From: Haliotis cracherodii
Taxonomy: Eukaryota
NCBI RefSeq assembly: GCF_022045235.1
Contig: NW_027266308.1
Span: 41,912,001-41,976,000 of the forward strand
Direction of reading: 5' to 3'
DNA: 64,000 nucleotides
The notes under the pieces are model-generated. The model had not been told where the DNA came from, did not search any database, and worked only from the letters and a program-made list of their open reading frames with translations. Below, piece after piece: positions 33,538-45,780 of the stretch. Each line of letters starts with the position of its first letter. Position 1 is the stretch's first letter. The translations under genes were made by a program, and so were the position numbers.

Positions 33538-34104
33538 TCATTTTCTGAGAAAAGCAAGGATCTTCTGTGAAAAGGAGACTGGTTGTTTTGAAGAATCTCT
33601 TGTGATTGTCTTACGAGCTTTGTTCCGTCTTCGCAGAGAAAAACGCTTAGAGGTGAGATTTGTCAAAATGTTAACGTTGCTGTCTAACCGACGTCTCTTA
33701 GTTGGTGCTTCAGCTTCATATACATGGGCGACAGACGTCAAGAGAGTCCTTTCCACTTTAGAAATGACACGTTCTTTCCTTCGGAGCTCAGCCTCTTCTT
33801 CTTCTCTCAAGCTAAGCGATATTCGCGTCATGATGTTTCTTGAGAATGGTTGGTCTGAATGTCGCAGTCGTGGCGTTTTCTTGAACTGAAGAGAAGGAAG
33901 TGGACTGCCAAGTTGAGCCAAACTGGACTGAAGACTTCGAAGGGAGTTTTGGATTTCAACATCTGTATCACATTCCATGTCATCGTCGCTGAAGGAGTAT
34001 TCAACAAGTTTGATCCCCTGAGAGAAGTTGAAGCAAGGCTGGGCCTGGACGTCCAAGTTGAAGGGAGTGACACTGGTATACACAACTTCGGAAGCCCTCT
34101 TCAT
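33538..34104 (-). CDS. uncharacterised 188-aa protein, array copy 1 (R81)
   Basis: ATG in cacgATG context with an in-frame stop upstream; framed by TATA and AATAAA; intact in all copies. Confidence 0.75.
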   Translation of the reverse strand: MKRASEVVYTSVTPFNLDVQAQPCFNFSQGIKLVEYSFSDDDMECDTDVEIQNSLRSLQSSLAQLGSPLPSLQFKKTPRLRHSDQPFSRNIMTRISLSLREEEEAELRRKERVISKVERTLLTSVAHVYEAEAPTKRRRLDSNVNILTNLTSKRFSLRRRNKARKTITRDSSKQPVSFSQKILAFLRK

Positions 34105-34262
34105 CGTGAAAGGAGTTACCTGATGAGTCGATATGGAAATCTATTCACACGTTTGATTGTTAATCAAGTACAGCAGGATGGGTATGTAGTCTTAACCGTA
34201 TGTTCATTTAGTATCCAGACTATGGTGAGCAAGCAGCTGCTGTCAGCAAGTCCTTAGCATTC

Positions 34263-34299
34263 AAATGACGGCCTGACTACAGTCCTGGTCGCTTTTATA
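34263..34299 (-). promoter_or_regulatory. core promoter of array gene copy 1 (TATA box plus Inr; repeated in every unit)
   Basis: minus-strand TATAAAA (34299-34293) and TCATTT initiator-like motif with A+1 at 34266, ~160 nt upstream of the ATG. Confidence 0.65.
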
Positions 34300-35837
34300 C
34301 AGTAGCTTGCTTGTTGTGTATACAAGGTGATTAACAAAGACAACTGATTGACAGCATCCTAACATGTCTGTGTTCACAGCCATCCCAGACATTCGTCTCC
34401 GCTGAGCAAACATGCAATAGTGTCCAGTGATTGAAGGCTTTTGCTTGGAGATTAGTGAAGGGTTAATGATGTGGTCAGGGGTTAATTAGGTGAGCATTAC
34501 TTTTGGTCATGCCCGACCAAGTACAATATTTACTTGTGCCTTTTTGGTCAGTGCTGTTATCATGAATGGAGATTGAAAGATTAATTTCCAAACACATCCG
34601 AGGTAATTGTTTGTGTACTTGCCTTGACTGATTGACACCACCCTAACGTGCTAGCGTTTACAGCCATTCCAGACATTCGTCTGCATTGTCAAAACAATCA
34701 TCTATTGACCTTAACAGTGACTGTTTTAAAACTCGCAATCGCCAAGTTGAATCGAAATGCAAGAAGTCTGTTGCTATGATATCGTGTTCATCGTGAGAAA
34801 TGAACAAGTATTACCTTATGACACTGTCTGGTATCATACTGCGTATTTTACGGGAAATAACACATTTACTGTAGTACTTTTAACCTCGGAGTACACTTTT
34901 GACATAGCTTTGTTTGTGTACATCGGCTATTACACTTACGAAATTAATGTATGGAAAATGTGTCCGTTTCCTATTTCAAACATTACTCTTTTCCTTATCG
35001 TGGCTCTACTTTTAGCTAGGCACACCAAACCAGCCAAGATAACACTTAAGATGTGAGAAAGGGCACACATGTTATGGACCTTTACGTCTGTTATTGACGG
35101 TAGCGTTTGTGAACGTCTTGCCCTTACTACCTGAGGTTGTGTTGACTGGTGTATGTGACTTTTTAAGGTCAAGTTGTCTTTTAGTTAATCTTACATTCAT
35201 TGATGAGTTATCAGGTCAACGATAGTGAAATATTTGCTGCATATAGGTGAGTTTATATCCGGTCGTGGGGAAATATACCGTCTTCCTATGTAAGATCATT
35301 CAGTTACATATATTTGGAAAATAAGGGTTTTACTTCATATTGATCTTTGGATCGTATGCTTGTACTTGAATGACAGTTTCTTCAGAAGAACTGTATTACC
35401 TTCTTAATATGAATATATCTCCATGTTTTTGACGTAATTCCCATATTTCATGCTAAACGTCATGCGAGGAGAATTCTCAAGTCTGGAAGGTGTAAACTTG
35501 GTTCACTTTACTCTCAGCTTATTCAAAATAGAAAAGCGACAAATTCTTTGTTAGTAATGGGAGGTAAGTGATTACATCTGTACGCTTTACTGCTTTAACT
35601 GACATAGGAATGTTATTACTATACAAGAAAACGAAAAGAAGCGAGCTGTATTTTCAAGGTTTATTATAGGATCGTACAACAGAAACTGTTTAAGAGGAAA
35701 ACAACAACACTGCCAGTGCACTGACAGAAAGCAAAAGCACTTTGACATATAGCCACTTCAATATTTGGAATGTCTCTTCTGTAATGGAGCACTCATTAGA
35801 TGAACATATTCGTGTAACAGACAGACTTTTATCTGTT

Positions 35838-36404
35838 TCATTTTCTGAGAAAAGCAAGGATCTTCTGTGAAAAGGAGACTGGTTGTTTTGAAGAATCTCT
35901 TGTGATTGTCTTACGAGCTTTGTTCCGTCTTCGCAGAGAAAAACGCTTAGAGGTGAGATTTGTCAAAATGTTAACGTTGCTGTCTAACCGACGTCTCTTA
36001 GTTGGTGCTTCAGCTTCATATACATGGGCGACAGACGTCAAGAGAGTCCTTTCCACTTTAGAAATGACACGTTCTTTCCTTCGGAGCTCAGCCTCTTCTT
36101 CTTCTCTCAAGCTAAGCGATATTCGCGTCATGATGTTTCTTGAGAATGGTTGGTCTGAATGTCGCAGTCGTGGCGTTTTCTTGAACTGAAGAGAAGGAAG
36201 TGGACTGCCAAGTTGAGCCAAACTGGACTGAAGACTTCGAAGGGAGTTTTGGATTTCAACATCTGTATCACATTCCATGTCATCGTCGCTGAAGGAGTAT
36301 TCAACAAGTTTGATCCCCTGAGAGAAGTTGAAGCAAGGCTGGGCCTGGACGTCCAAGTTGAAGGGAGTGACACTGGTATACACAACTTCGGAAGCCCTCT
36401 TCAT
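35838..36404 (-). CDS. uncharacterised 188-aa protein, copy 2 (R81)
   Basis: protein identical to copy 1. Confidence 0.75.
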   Translation of the reverse strand: MKRASEVVYTSVTPFNLDVQAQPCFNFSQGIKLVEYSFSDDDMECDTDVEIQNSLRSLQSSLAQLGSPLPSLQFKKTPRLRHSDQPFSRNIMTRISLSLREEEEAELRRKERVISKVERTLLTSVAHVYEAEAPTKRRRLDSNVNILTNLTSKRFSLRRRNKARKTITRDSSKQPVSFSQKILAFLRK

Positions 36405-38069
36405 CGTGAAAGGAGTTACCTGATGAGTCGATATGGAAATCTATTCACACGTTTGATTGTTAATCAAGTACAGCAGGATGGGTATGTAGTCTTAACCGTA
36501 TGTTCATTTAGTATCCAGACTATGAAGAGCAAGCAGCTGCTGTCAGCAAGTCCTTAGCATTCAAATGACGGCCTGACTACAGTCCTGGTCGCTTTTATAC
36601 AGTAGCTTGCTTGTTGTGTATACAAGGTGATTAACAAAGACAACTGATTGACAGCATCCTAACATGTCTGTGTTCACAGCCATCCCAGACATTCGTCTCC
36701 GCTGAGCAAACATGCAATAGTGTCCAGTGATTGAAGGCTTTTGCTTGGAGATTAGTGAAGGGTTAATGATGTGGTCAGGGGTTAATTAGGTGAGCATTAC
36801 ATTTGGTCATGCCCGACCAAGTACAATATTTACTTGTGCCTTTTTGGTCAGTGCTGTTATCATGAATGGAGATTGAAAGATTAATTTCCAAACACATCCG
36901 AGGTAATTGTTTGTGTACTTGCCTTGACTGATTGACACCACCCTAACGTGCTAGCGTTTACAGCCATTCCAGACATTCGTCTGCATTGTCAAAACAATCA
37001 TCTATTGACCTTAACAGTGACTGTTTTAAAACTCGCAATCGCCAAGTTGAATCGAAATGCAAGAAGTCTGTTGCTATGATATCGTGTTCATCGTGAGAAA
37101 TGAACAAGTATTACCTTATGACACTGTCTGGTATCATACTGCGTATTTTACGGGAAATAACATATTTACTGTAGTACTTTTAACCTCGGAGTACACTTTT
37201 GACATAGCTTTGTTTGTGTACATCGGCTATTACACTTACGAAATTAATGTATGGAAAATGTGTCCGTTTCCTATTTCAAACATTACTCTTTTCCTTCTCG
37301 TGGCTCTACTTTTAGCTAGGCACACCAAACCAGCCAAGATAACACTTAAGATGTGAGAAAGGGCACACATGTTATGGACCTTTACGTCTGTTATTGACGG
37401 TAGCGTTTGTGAACGTCTTGCCCTTACTACCTGAGGTTGTGTTGACTGGTGTATGTCACTTTTTAAGGTCAAGTTGTCTTTTAGTTAATCTTACATTCAT
37501 TGATGAGTTATCAGGTCAACGATAGTGAAATAGTTGCTGCATATAGGTGAGTTTATATCCGGTCGTGGGGAAATATACCGTCTTCCTATGTAAGATCATT
37601 CAGTTACATATATTTGGAAAATAAGGGTTTTACTTCATATTGATCTTTGGATCGTATGCTTGTACTTGAATGACAGTTTCTTCAGAAGAACTGTATTACC
37701 TTCTTAATATGAATATATCTCCATGTTTTTGACGTAATTCCCATATTTCATGCTAAACGTCATGCGAGGAGAATTCTCAAGTCTGGAAGGTGTAAACTTG
37801 GTTCACTTTACTCTCAGCTTATTCAAAATAGAAAAGCGACAAATTCTTTGTTAGTAATGGGAGGTAAGTGATTACATCTGTACGCTTTACTGCTTTAACT
37901 GACATAGGAATGTTATTACTATACAAGAAAACGAAAAGAAGCGAGCTGTATTTTCAAGGTTTATTATAGGATCGTACAACAGAAACTGTTTAAGAGGAAA
38001 ACAACAACACTGCCAGTGCGCTGACAGAAAGCAAAAGCACTTTGACATATAGCCACTTCAATATTTGGA

Positions 38070-38233
38070 GAGCGGTCGGGTAGCCTAGTGGTTAAAGCGT
38101 TTGCTCGTCACGCCGAAGACCCGGGTTCGATTCCCGACATGGGTACAATGTGTGAAGCCCATTTCTGGTGTCCCCGCCGTGATATTGCTGGAATATTGCT
38201 AAAAGCGGCGTAAAACCATACTCACTCACTCAC
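38070..38233 (+). mobile_element. young tRNA-derived SINE in the 3'UTR of copy 3
   Basis: A-box tagcctagtggt, B-box ggttcgattccc, (CACT)n tail, perfect 12-bp TSD tcaatatttgga; all other units show the empty site. Confidence 0.95.
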
Positions 38234-38313
38234 TCAATATTTGGAATGTCTCTTCTGTAATGGAGCACTCATTAGATGAACATATTCGTGTAACAGACAG
38301 ACTTTTATCTGTT

Positions 38314-38880
38314 TCATTTTCTGAGAAAAGCAAGGATCTTCTGTGAAAAGGAGACTGGTTGTTTTGAAGAATCTCTTGTGATTGTCTTACGAGCTTTGTT
38401 CCGTCTTCGCAGAGAAAAACGCTTAGAGGTGAGATTTGTCAAAATGTTAACGTTGCTGTCTAACCGACGTCTCTTAGTTGGTGCTTCAGCTTCATATACA
38501 TGGGCGACAGACGTCAAGAGAGTCCTTTCCACTTTAGAAATGACACGTTCTTTCCTTCGGAGCTCAGCCTCTTCTTCTTCTCTCAAGCTAAGCGATATTC
38601 GCGTCATGATGTTTCTTGAGAATGGTTGGTCTGAATGTTGCAGTCGTGGCGTTTTCTTGAACTGAAGAGAAGGAAGTGGACTGCCAAGTTGAGCCAAACT
38701 GGACTGAAGACTTCGAAGGGAGTTTTGGATTTCAACATCTGTATCACATTCCATGTCATCGTCGCTGAAGGAGTATTCAACAAGTTTGATCCCCTGAGAG
38801 AAGTTGAAGCAAGGCTGGGCCTGGACGTCCAAGTTGAAGGGAGTGACACTGGTATACACAACTTCGGAAGCCCTCTTCAT
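38314..38880 (-). CDS. uncharacterised 188-aa protein, copy 3 (Q81)
   Basis: intact ORF. Confidence 0.72.
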   Translation of the reverse strand: MKRASEVVYTSVTPFNLDVQAQPCFNFSQGIKLVEYSFSDDDMECDTDVEIQNSLRSLQSSLAQLGSPLPSLQFKKTPRLQHSDQPFSRNIMTRISLSLREEEEAELRRKERVISKVERTLLTSVAHVYEAEAPTKRRRLDSNVNILTNLTSKRFSLRRRNKARKTITRDSSKQPVSFSQKILAFLRK

Positions 38881-40613
38881 CGTGAAAGGAGTTACCTGAT
38901 GAGTCGATATGGAAATCTATTCACACGTTTGATTGTTAATCAAGTACAGCAGGATGGGTATGTAGTCTTAACCGTATGTTCATTTAGTATCCAGACTATG
39001 GTGAGCAAGCAGCTGCTGTCAGCAAGTCCTTAGCATTCAAATGACGGCCTGACTACAGTCCTGGTCGCTTTTATACAGTAGCTTGCTTGTTGTGTATACA
39101 AGGTGATTAACAAAGACAACTGATTGACAGCATCCTAACATGTCTGTGTTCACAGCCATCCCAGACATTCGTCTCCGCTGAGCAAACATGCAATAGTGTC
39201 CAGTGATTGAAGGCTTTTGCTTGGAGATTAGTGAAGGGTTAATGATGTGGTCAGGGGTTAATTAGGTGAGCATTACTTTTGGTCATGCCCGACCAAGTAC
39301 AATATTTACTTGTGCCTTTTTGGTCAGTGCTGTTATCATGAATGGAGATTGAAAGATTAATTTCCAAACACATCCGAGGTAATTGTTTGTGTACTTGCCT
39401 TGACTGATTGACACCACCCTAACGTGCTAGCGTTTACAGCCATTCCAGACATTCGTCTGCATTGTCAAAACAATCATCTATTGACCTTAACAGTGACTGT
39501 TTTAAAACTCGCAATCGCCAAGTTGAATCGAAATGCAAGAAGTCTGTTGCTATGATATCGTGTTCATCGTGAGAAATGAACAAGTATTACCTTATGACAC
39601 TATCTGGTATCATACTCCGTATTTTACGGGAAATAACACATTTACTGTAGTACTTTTAACCTCGGAGTACACTTTTGACATAGCTTTGTTTGTGTACATC
39701 GGCTATTACACTTACGAAATTAATGTATGGAAAATGTGTCCGTTTCCTATTTCAAACATTACTCTTTTCCTTCTCGTGGCTCTACTTTTAGCTAGGCACA
39801 CCAAACCAGCCAAGATAACACTTAAGATGTGAGAAAGGGCACACATGTTATGGACCTTTACGTCTGTTATTGACGGTAGCGTTTGTGAACGTCTTGCCCT
39901 TACTACCTGAGGTTGTGTTGACTGGTGTATGTGACTTTTTAAGGTCAAGTTGTCTTTTAGTTAATCTTACATTCATTGATGAGTTATCAGGTCAACGATA
40001 GTGAAATATTTGCTGCATATAGGTGAGTTTATATCCGGTCGTGGGGAAATATACCGTCTTCCTATGTAAGATCATTCAGTTACATATATTTGGAAAATAA
40101 GGGTTTTACTTCATATTGATCTTTGGATCGTATGCTTGTACTTGAATGACAGTTTCTTCAGAAGAACTGTATTACCTTCTTAATATGAATATATCTCCAT
40201 GTTTTTGACGTAATTCCCATATTTCATGCTAAACGTCATGCGAGGAGAATTCTCAAGTCTGGAAGGTGTAAACTTGGTTCACTTTACTCTCAGCTTATTC
40301 AAAATAGAAAAGCGACAAATTCTTTGTTAGTAATGGGAGGTAAGTGATTACATCTGTACGCTTTACTGCTTTAACTGACATAGGAATGTTATTACTATAC
40401 AAGAAAACGAAAAGAAGCGAGCTGTATTTTCAAGGTTTATTATAGGATCGTACAACAGAAACTGTTTAAGAGGAAAACAACAACACTGCCAGTGCGCTGA
40501 CAGAAAGCAAAAGCACTTTGACATATAGCCACTTCAATATTTGGAATGTCTCTTCTGTAATGGAGCACTCATTAGATGAACATATTCGTGTAACAGACAG
40601 ACTTTTATCTGTT

Positions 40614-41180
40614 TCATTTTCTGAGAAAAGCAAGGATCTTCTGTGAAAAGGAGACTGGTTGTTTTGAAGAATCTCTTGTGATTGTCTTACGAGCTTTGTT
40701 CCGTCTTCGCAGAGAAAAACGCTTAGAGGTGAGATTTGTCAAAATGTTAACGTTGCTGTCTAACCGACGTCTCTTAGTTGGTGCTTCAGCTTCATATACA
40801 TGGGCGACAGACGTCAAGAGAGTCCTTTCCACTTTAGAAATGACACGTTCTTTCCTTCGGAGCTCAGCCTCTTCTTCTTCTCTCAAGCTAAGCGATATTC
40901 GCGTCATGATGTTTCTTGAGAATGGTTGGTCTGAATGTTGCAGTCGTGGCGTTTTCTTGAACTGAAGAGAAGGAAGTGGACTGCCAAGTTGAGCCAAACT
41001 GGACTGAAGACTTCGAAGGGAGTTTTGGATTTCAACATCTGTATCACATTCCATGTCATCGTCGCTGAAGGAGTATTCAACAAGTTTGATCCCCTGAGAG
41101 AAGTTGAAGCAAGGCTGGGCCTGGACGTCCAAGTTGAAGGGAGTGACACTGGTATACACAACTTCGGAAGCCCTCTTCAT
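40614..41180 (-). CDS. uncharacterised 188-aa protein, copy 4 (Q81)
   Basis: intact ORF. Confidence 0.75.
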   Translation of the reverse strand: MKRASEVVYTSVTPFNLDVQAQPCFNFSQGIKLVEYSFSDDDMECDTDVEIQNSLRSLQSSLAQLGSPLPSLQFKKTPRLQHSDQPFSRNIMTRISLSLREEEEAELRRKERVISKVERTLLTSVAHVYEAEAPTKRRRLDSNVNILTNLTSKRFSLRRRNKARKTITRDSSKQPVSFSQKILAFLRK

Positions 41181-42913
41181 CGTGAAAGGAGTTACCTGAT
41201 GAGTCGATATGGAAATCTATTCACACGTTTGATTGTTAATCAAGTACAGCAGGATGGGTATGTAGTCTTAACCGTATGTTCATTTAGTATCCAGACTATG
41301 GTGAGCAAGCAGCTGCTGTCAGCAAGTCCTTAGCATTCAAATGACGGCCTGACTACAGTCCTGGTCGCTTTTATACAGTAGCTTGCTTGTTGTGTATACA
41401 AGGTGATTAACAAAGACAACTGATTGACAGCATCCTAACATGTCTGTGTTCACAGCCATCCCAGACATTCGTCTCCGCTGAGCAAACATGCAATAGTGTC
41501 CAGTGATTGAAGGCTTTTGCTTGGAGATTAGTGAAGGGTTAATGATGTGGTCAGGGGTTAATTAGGTGAGCATTACTTTTGGTCATGCCCGACCAAGTAC
41601 AATATTTACTTGTGCCTTTTTGGTCAGTGCTGTTATCATGAATGGAGATTGAAAGATTAATTTCCAAACACATCCGAGGTAATTGTTTGTGTACTTGCCT
41701 TGACTGATTGACACCACCCTAACGTGCTAGCGTTTACAGCCATTCCAGACATTCGTCTGCATTGTCAAAACAATCATCTATTGACCTTAACAGTGACTGT
41801 TTTAAAACTCGCAATCGCCAAGTTGAATCGAAATGCAAGAAGTCTGTTGCTATGATATCGTGTTCATCGTGAGAAATGAACAAGTATTACCTTATGACAC
41901 TATCTGGTATCATACTCCGTATTTTACGGGAAATAACACATTTACTGTAGTACTTTTAACCTCGGAGTACACTTTTGACATAGCTTTGTTTGTGTACATC
42001 GGCTATTACACTTACGAAATTAATGTATGGAAAATGTGTCCGTTTCCTATTTCAAACATTACTCTTTTCCTTCTCGTGGCTCTACTTTTAGCTAGGCACA
42101 CCAAACCAGCCAAGATAACACTTAAGATGTGAGAAAGGGCACACATGTTATGGACCTTTACGTCTGTTATTGACGGTAGCGTTTGTGAACGTCTTGCCCT
42201 TACTACCTGAGGTTGTGTTGACTGGTGTATGTGACTTTTTAAGGTCAAGTTGTCTTTTAGTTAATCTTACATTCATTGATGAGTTATCAGGTCAACGATA
42301 GTGAAATATTTGCTGCATATAGGTGAGTTTATATCCGGTCGTGGGGAAATATACCGTCTTCCTATGTAAGATCATTCAGTTACATATATTTGGAAAATAA
42401 GGGTTTTACTTCATATTGATCTTTGGATCGTATGCTTGTACTTGAATGACAGTTTCTTCAGAAGAACTGTATTACCTTCTTAATATGAATATATCTCCAT
42501 GTTTTTGACGTAATTCCCATATTTCATGCTAAACGTCATGCGAGGAGAATTCTCAAGTCTGGAAGGTGTAAACTTGGTTCACTTTACTCTCAGCTTATTC
42601 AAAATAGAAAAGCGACAAATTCTTTGTTAGTAATGGGAGGTAAGTGATTACATCTGTACGCTTTACTGCTTTAACTGACATAGGAATGTTATTACTATAC
42701 AAGAAAACGAAAAGAAGCGAGCTGTATTTTCAAGGTTTATTATAGGATCGTACAACAGAAACTGTTTAAGAGGAAAACAACAACACTGCCAGTGCGCTGA
42801 CAGAAAGCAAAAGCACTTTGACATATAGCCACTTCAATATTTGGAATGTCTCTTCTGTAATGGAGCACTCATTAGATGAACATATTCGTGTAACAGACAG
42901 ACTTTTATCTGTT

Positions 42914-43480
42914 TCATTTTCTGAGAAAAGCAAGGATCTTCTGTGAAAAGGAGACTGGTTGTTTTGAAGAATCTCTTGTGATTGTCTTACGAGCTTTGTT
43001 CCGTCTTCGCAGAGAAAAACGCTTAGAGGTGAGATTTGTCAAAATGTTAACGTTGCTGTCTAACCGACGTCTCTTAGTTGGTGCTTCAGCTTCATATACA
43101 TGGGCGACAGACGTCAAGAGAGTCCTTTCCACTTTAGAAATGACACGTTCTTTCCTTCGGAGCTCAGCCTCTTCTTCTTCTCTCAAGCTAAGCGATATTC
43201 GCGTCATGATGTTTCTTGAGAATGGTTGGTCTGAATGTTGCAGTCGTGGCGTTTTCTTGAACTGAAGAGAAGGAAGTGGACTGCCAAGTTGAGCCAAACT
43301 GGACTGAAGACTTCGAAGGGAATTTTGGATTTCAACATCTGTATCACATTCCATGTCATCGTCGCTGAAGGAGTATTCAACAAGTTTGATCCCCTGAGAG
43401 AAGTTGAAGCAAGGCTGGGCCTGGACGTCCAAGTTGAAGGGAGTGACACTGGTATACACAACTTCGGAAGCCCTCTTCAT
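42914..43480 (-). CDS. uncharacterised 188-aa protein, copy 5 (Q81)
   Basis: intact ORF. Confidence 0.75.
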   Translation of the reverse strand: MKRASEVVYTSVTPFNLDVQAQPCFNFSQGIKLVEYSFSDDDMECDTDVEIQNSLRSLQSSLAQLGSPLPSLQFKKTPRLQHSDQPFSRNIMTRISLSLREEEEAELRRKERVISKVERTLLTSVAHVYEAEAPTKRRRLDSNVNILTNLTSKRFSLRRRNKARKTITRDSSKQPVSFSQKILAFLRK

Positions 43481-45213
43481 CGTGAAAGGAGTTACCTGAT
43501 GAGTCGATATGGAAATCTATTCACACGTTTGATTGTTAATCAAGTACAGCAGGATGGGTATGTAGTCTTAACCGTATGTTCATTTAGTATCCAGACTATG
43601 GTGAGCAAGCAGCTGCTGTCAGCAAGTCCTTAGCATTCAAATGACGGCCTGACTACAGTCCTGGTCGCTTTTATACAGTAGCTTGCTTGTTGTGTATACA
43701 AGGTGATTAACAAAGACAACTGATTGACAGCATCCTAACATGTCTGTGTTCACAGCCATCCCAGACATTCGTCTCCGCTGAGCAAACATGCAATAGTGTC
43801 CAGTGATTGAAGGCTTTTGCTTGGAGATTAGTGAAGGGTTAATGATGTGGTCAGGGGTTAATTAGGTGAGCATTACTTTTGGTCATGCCCGACCAAGTAC
43901 AATATTTACTTGTGCCTTTTTGGTCAGTGCTGTTATCATGAATGGAGATTGAAAGATTAATTTCCAAACACATCCGAGGTAATTGTTTGTGTACTTGCCT
44001 TGACTGATTGACACCACCCTAACGTGCTAGCGTTTACAGCCATTCCAGACATTCGTCTGCATTGTCAAAACAATCATCTATTGACCTTAACAGTGACTGT
44101 TTTAAAACTCGCAATCGCCAAGTTGAATCGAAATGCAAGAAGTCTGTTGCTATGATATCGTGTTCATCGTGAGAAATGAACAAGTATTACCTTATGACAC
44201 TATCTGGTATCATACTCCGTATTTTACGGGAAATAACACATTTACTGTAGTACTTTTAACCTCGGAGTACACTTTTGACATAGCTTTGTTTGTGTACATC
44301 GGCTATTACACTTACGAAATTAATGTATGGAAAATGTGTCCGTTTCCTATTTCAAACATTACTCTTTTCCTTATCGTGGCTCTACTTTTAGCTAGGCACA
44401 CCAAACCAGCCAAGATAACACTTAAGATGTGAGAAAGGGCACACATGTTATGGACCTTTACGTCTGTTATTGACGGTAGCGTTTGTGAACGTCTTGCCCT
44501 TACTACCTGAGGTTGTGTTGACTGGTGTATGTGACTTTTTAAGGTCAAGTTGTCTTTTAGTTAATCTTACATTCATTGATGAGTTATCAGGTCAACGATA
44601 GTGAAATATTTGCTGCATATAGGTGAGTTTATATCCGGTCGTGGGGAAATATACCGTCTTCCTATGTAAGATCATTCAGTTACATATATTTGGAAAATAA
44701 GGGTTTTACTTCATATTGATCTTTGGATCGTATGCTTGTACTTGAATGACAGTTTCTTCAGAAGAACTGTATTACCTTCTTAATATGAATATATCTCCAT
44801 GTTTTTGACGTAATTCCCATATTTCATGCTAAACGTCATGCGAGGAGAATTCTCAAGTCTGGAAGGTGTAAACTTGGTTCACTTTACTCTCAGCTTATTC
44901 AAAATAGAAAAGCGACAAATTCTTTGTTAGTAATGGGAGGTAAGTGATTACATCTGTACGCTTTACTGCTTTAACTGACATAGGAATGTTATTACTATAC
45001 AAGAAAACGAAAAGAAGCGAGCTGTATTTTCAAGGTTTATTATAGGATCGTACAACAGAAACTGTTTAAGAGGAAAACAACAACACTGCCAGTGCGCTGA
45101 CAGAAAGCAAAAGCACTTTGACATATAGCCACTTCAATATTTGGAATGTCTCTTCTGTAATGGAGCACTCATTAGATGAACATATTCGTGTAACAGACAG
45201 ACTTTTATCTGTT

Positions 45214-45780
45214 TCATTTTCTGAGAAAAGCAAGGATCTTCTGTGAAAAGGAGACTGGTTGTTTTGAAGAATCTCTTGTGATTGTCTTACGAGCTTTGTT
45301 CCGTCTTCGCAGAGAAAAACGCTTAGAGGTGAGATTTGTCAAAATGTTAACGTTGCTGTCTAACCGACGTCTCTTAGTTGGTGCTTCAGCTTCATATACA
45401 TGGGCGACAGACGTCAAGAGAGTCCTTTCCACTTTAGAAATGACACGTTCTTTCCTTCGGAGCTCAGCCTCTTCTTCTTCTCTCAAGCTAAGCGATATTC
45501 GCGTCATGATGTTTCTTGAGAATGGTTGGTCTGAATGTTGCAGTCGTGGCGTTTTCTTGAACTGAAGAGAAGGAAGTGGACTGCCAAGTTGAGCCAAACT
45601 GGACTGAAGACTTCGAAGGGAGTTTTGGATTTCAACATCTGTATCACATTCCATGTCATCGTCGCTGAAGGAGTATTCAACAAGTTTGATCCCCTGAGAG
45701 AAGTTGAAGCAAGGCTGGGCCTGGACGTCCAAGTTGAAGGGAGTGACACTGGTATACACAACTTCGGAAGCCCTCTTCAT
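45214..45780 (-). CDS. uncharacterised 188-aa protein, copy 6 (Q81)
   Basis: intact ORF. Confidence 0.75.
   Translation of the reverse strand: MKRASEVVYTSVTPFNLDVQAQPCFNFSQGIKLVEYSFSDDDMECDTDVEIQNSLRSLQSSLAQLGSPLPSLQFKKTPRLQHSDQPFSRNIMTRISLSLREEEEAELRRKERVISKVERTLLTSVAHVYEAEAPTKRRRLDSNVNILTNLTSKRFSLRRRNKARKTITRDSSKQPVSFSQKILAFLRK

Noticed and set aside
33602-35172. Other ORFs in each array unit (95, 85, 132, 99 and 78 aa)
   Set aside because: Antisense or alternate-frame shadows of the 188-aa ORF, or short spacer ORFs with no promoter/poly(A) framing that I could see; the 78-aa ORF is broken in copy 9. The hydrophobic 99-aa ORF is not strictly excluded.
38070-38150. tRNA genes at 38070, 14560-14640, 6505 and 26168
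   Set aside because: tRNA-like heads continue into SINE bodies with tandem tails and TSDs, so they are SINEs.
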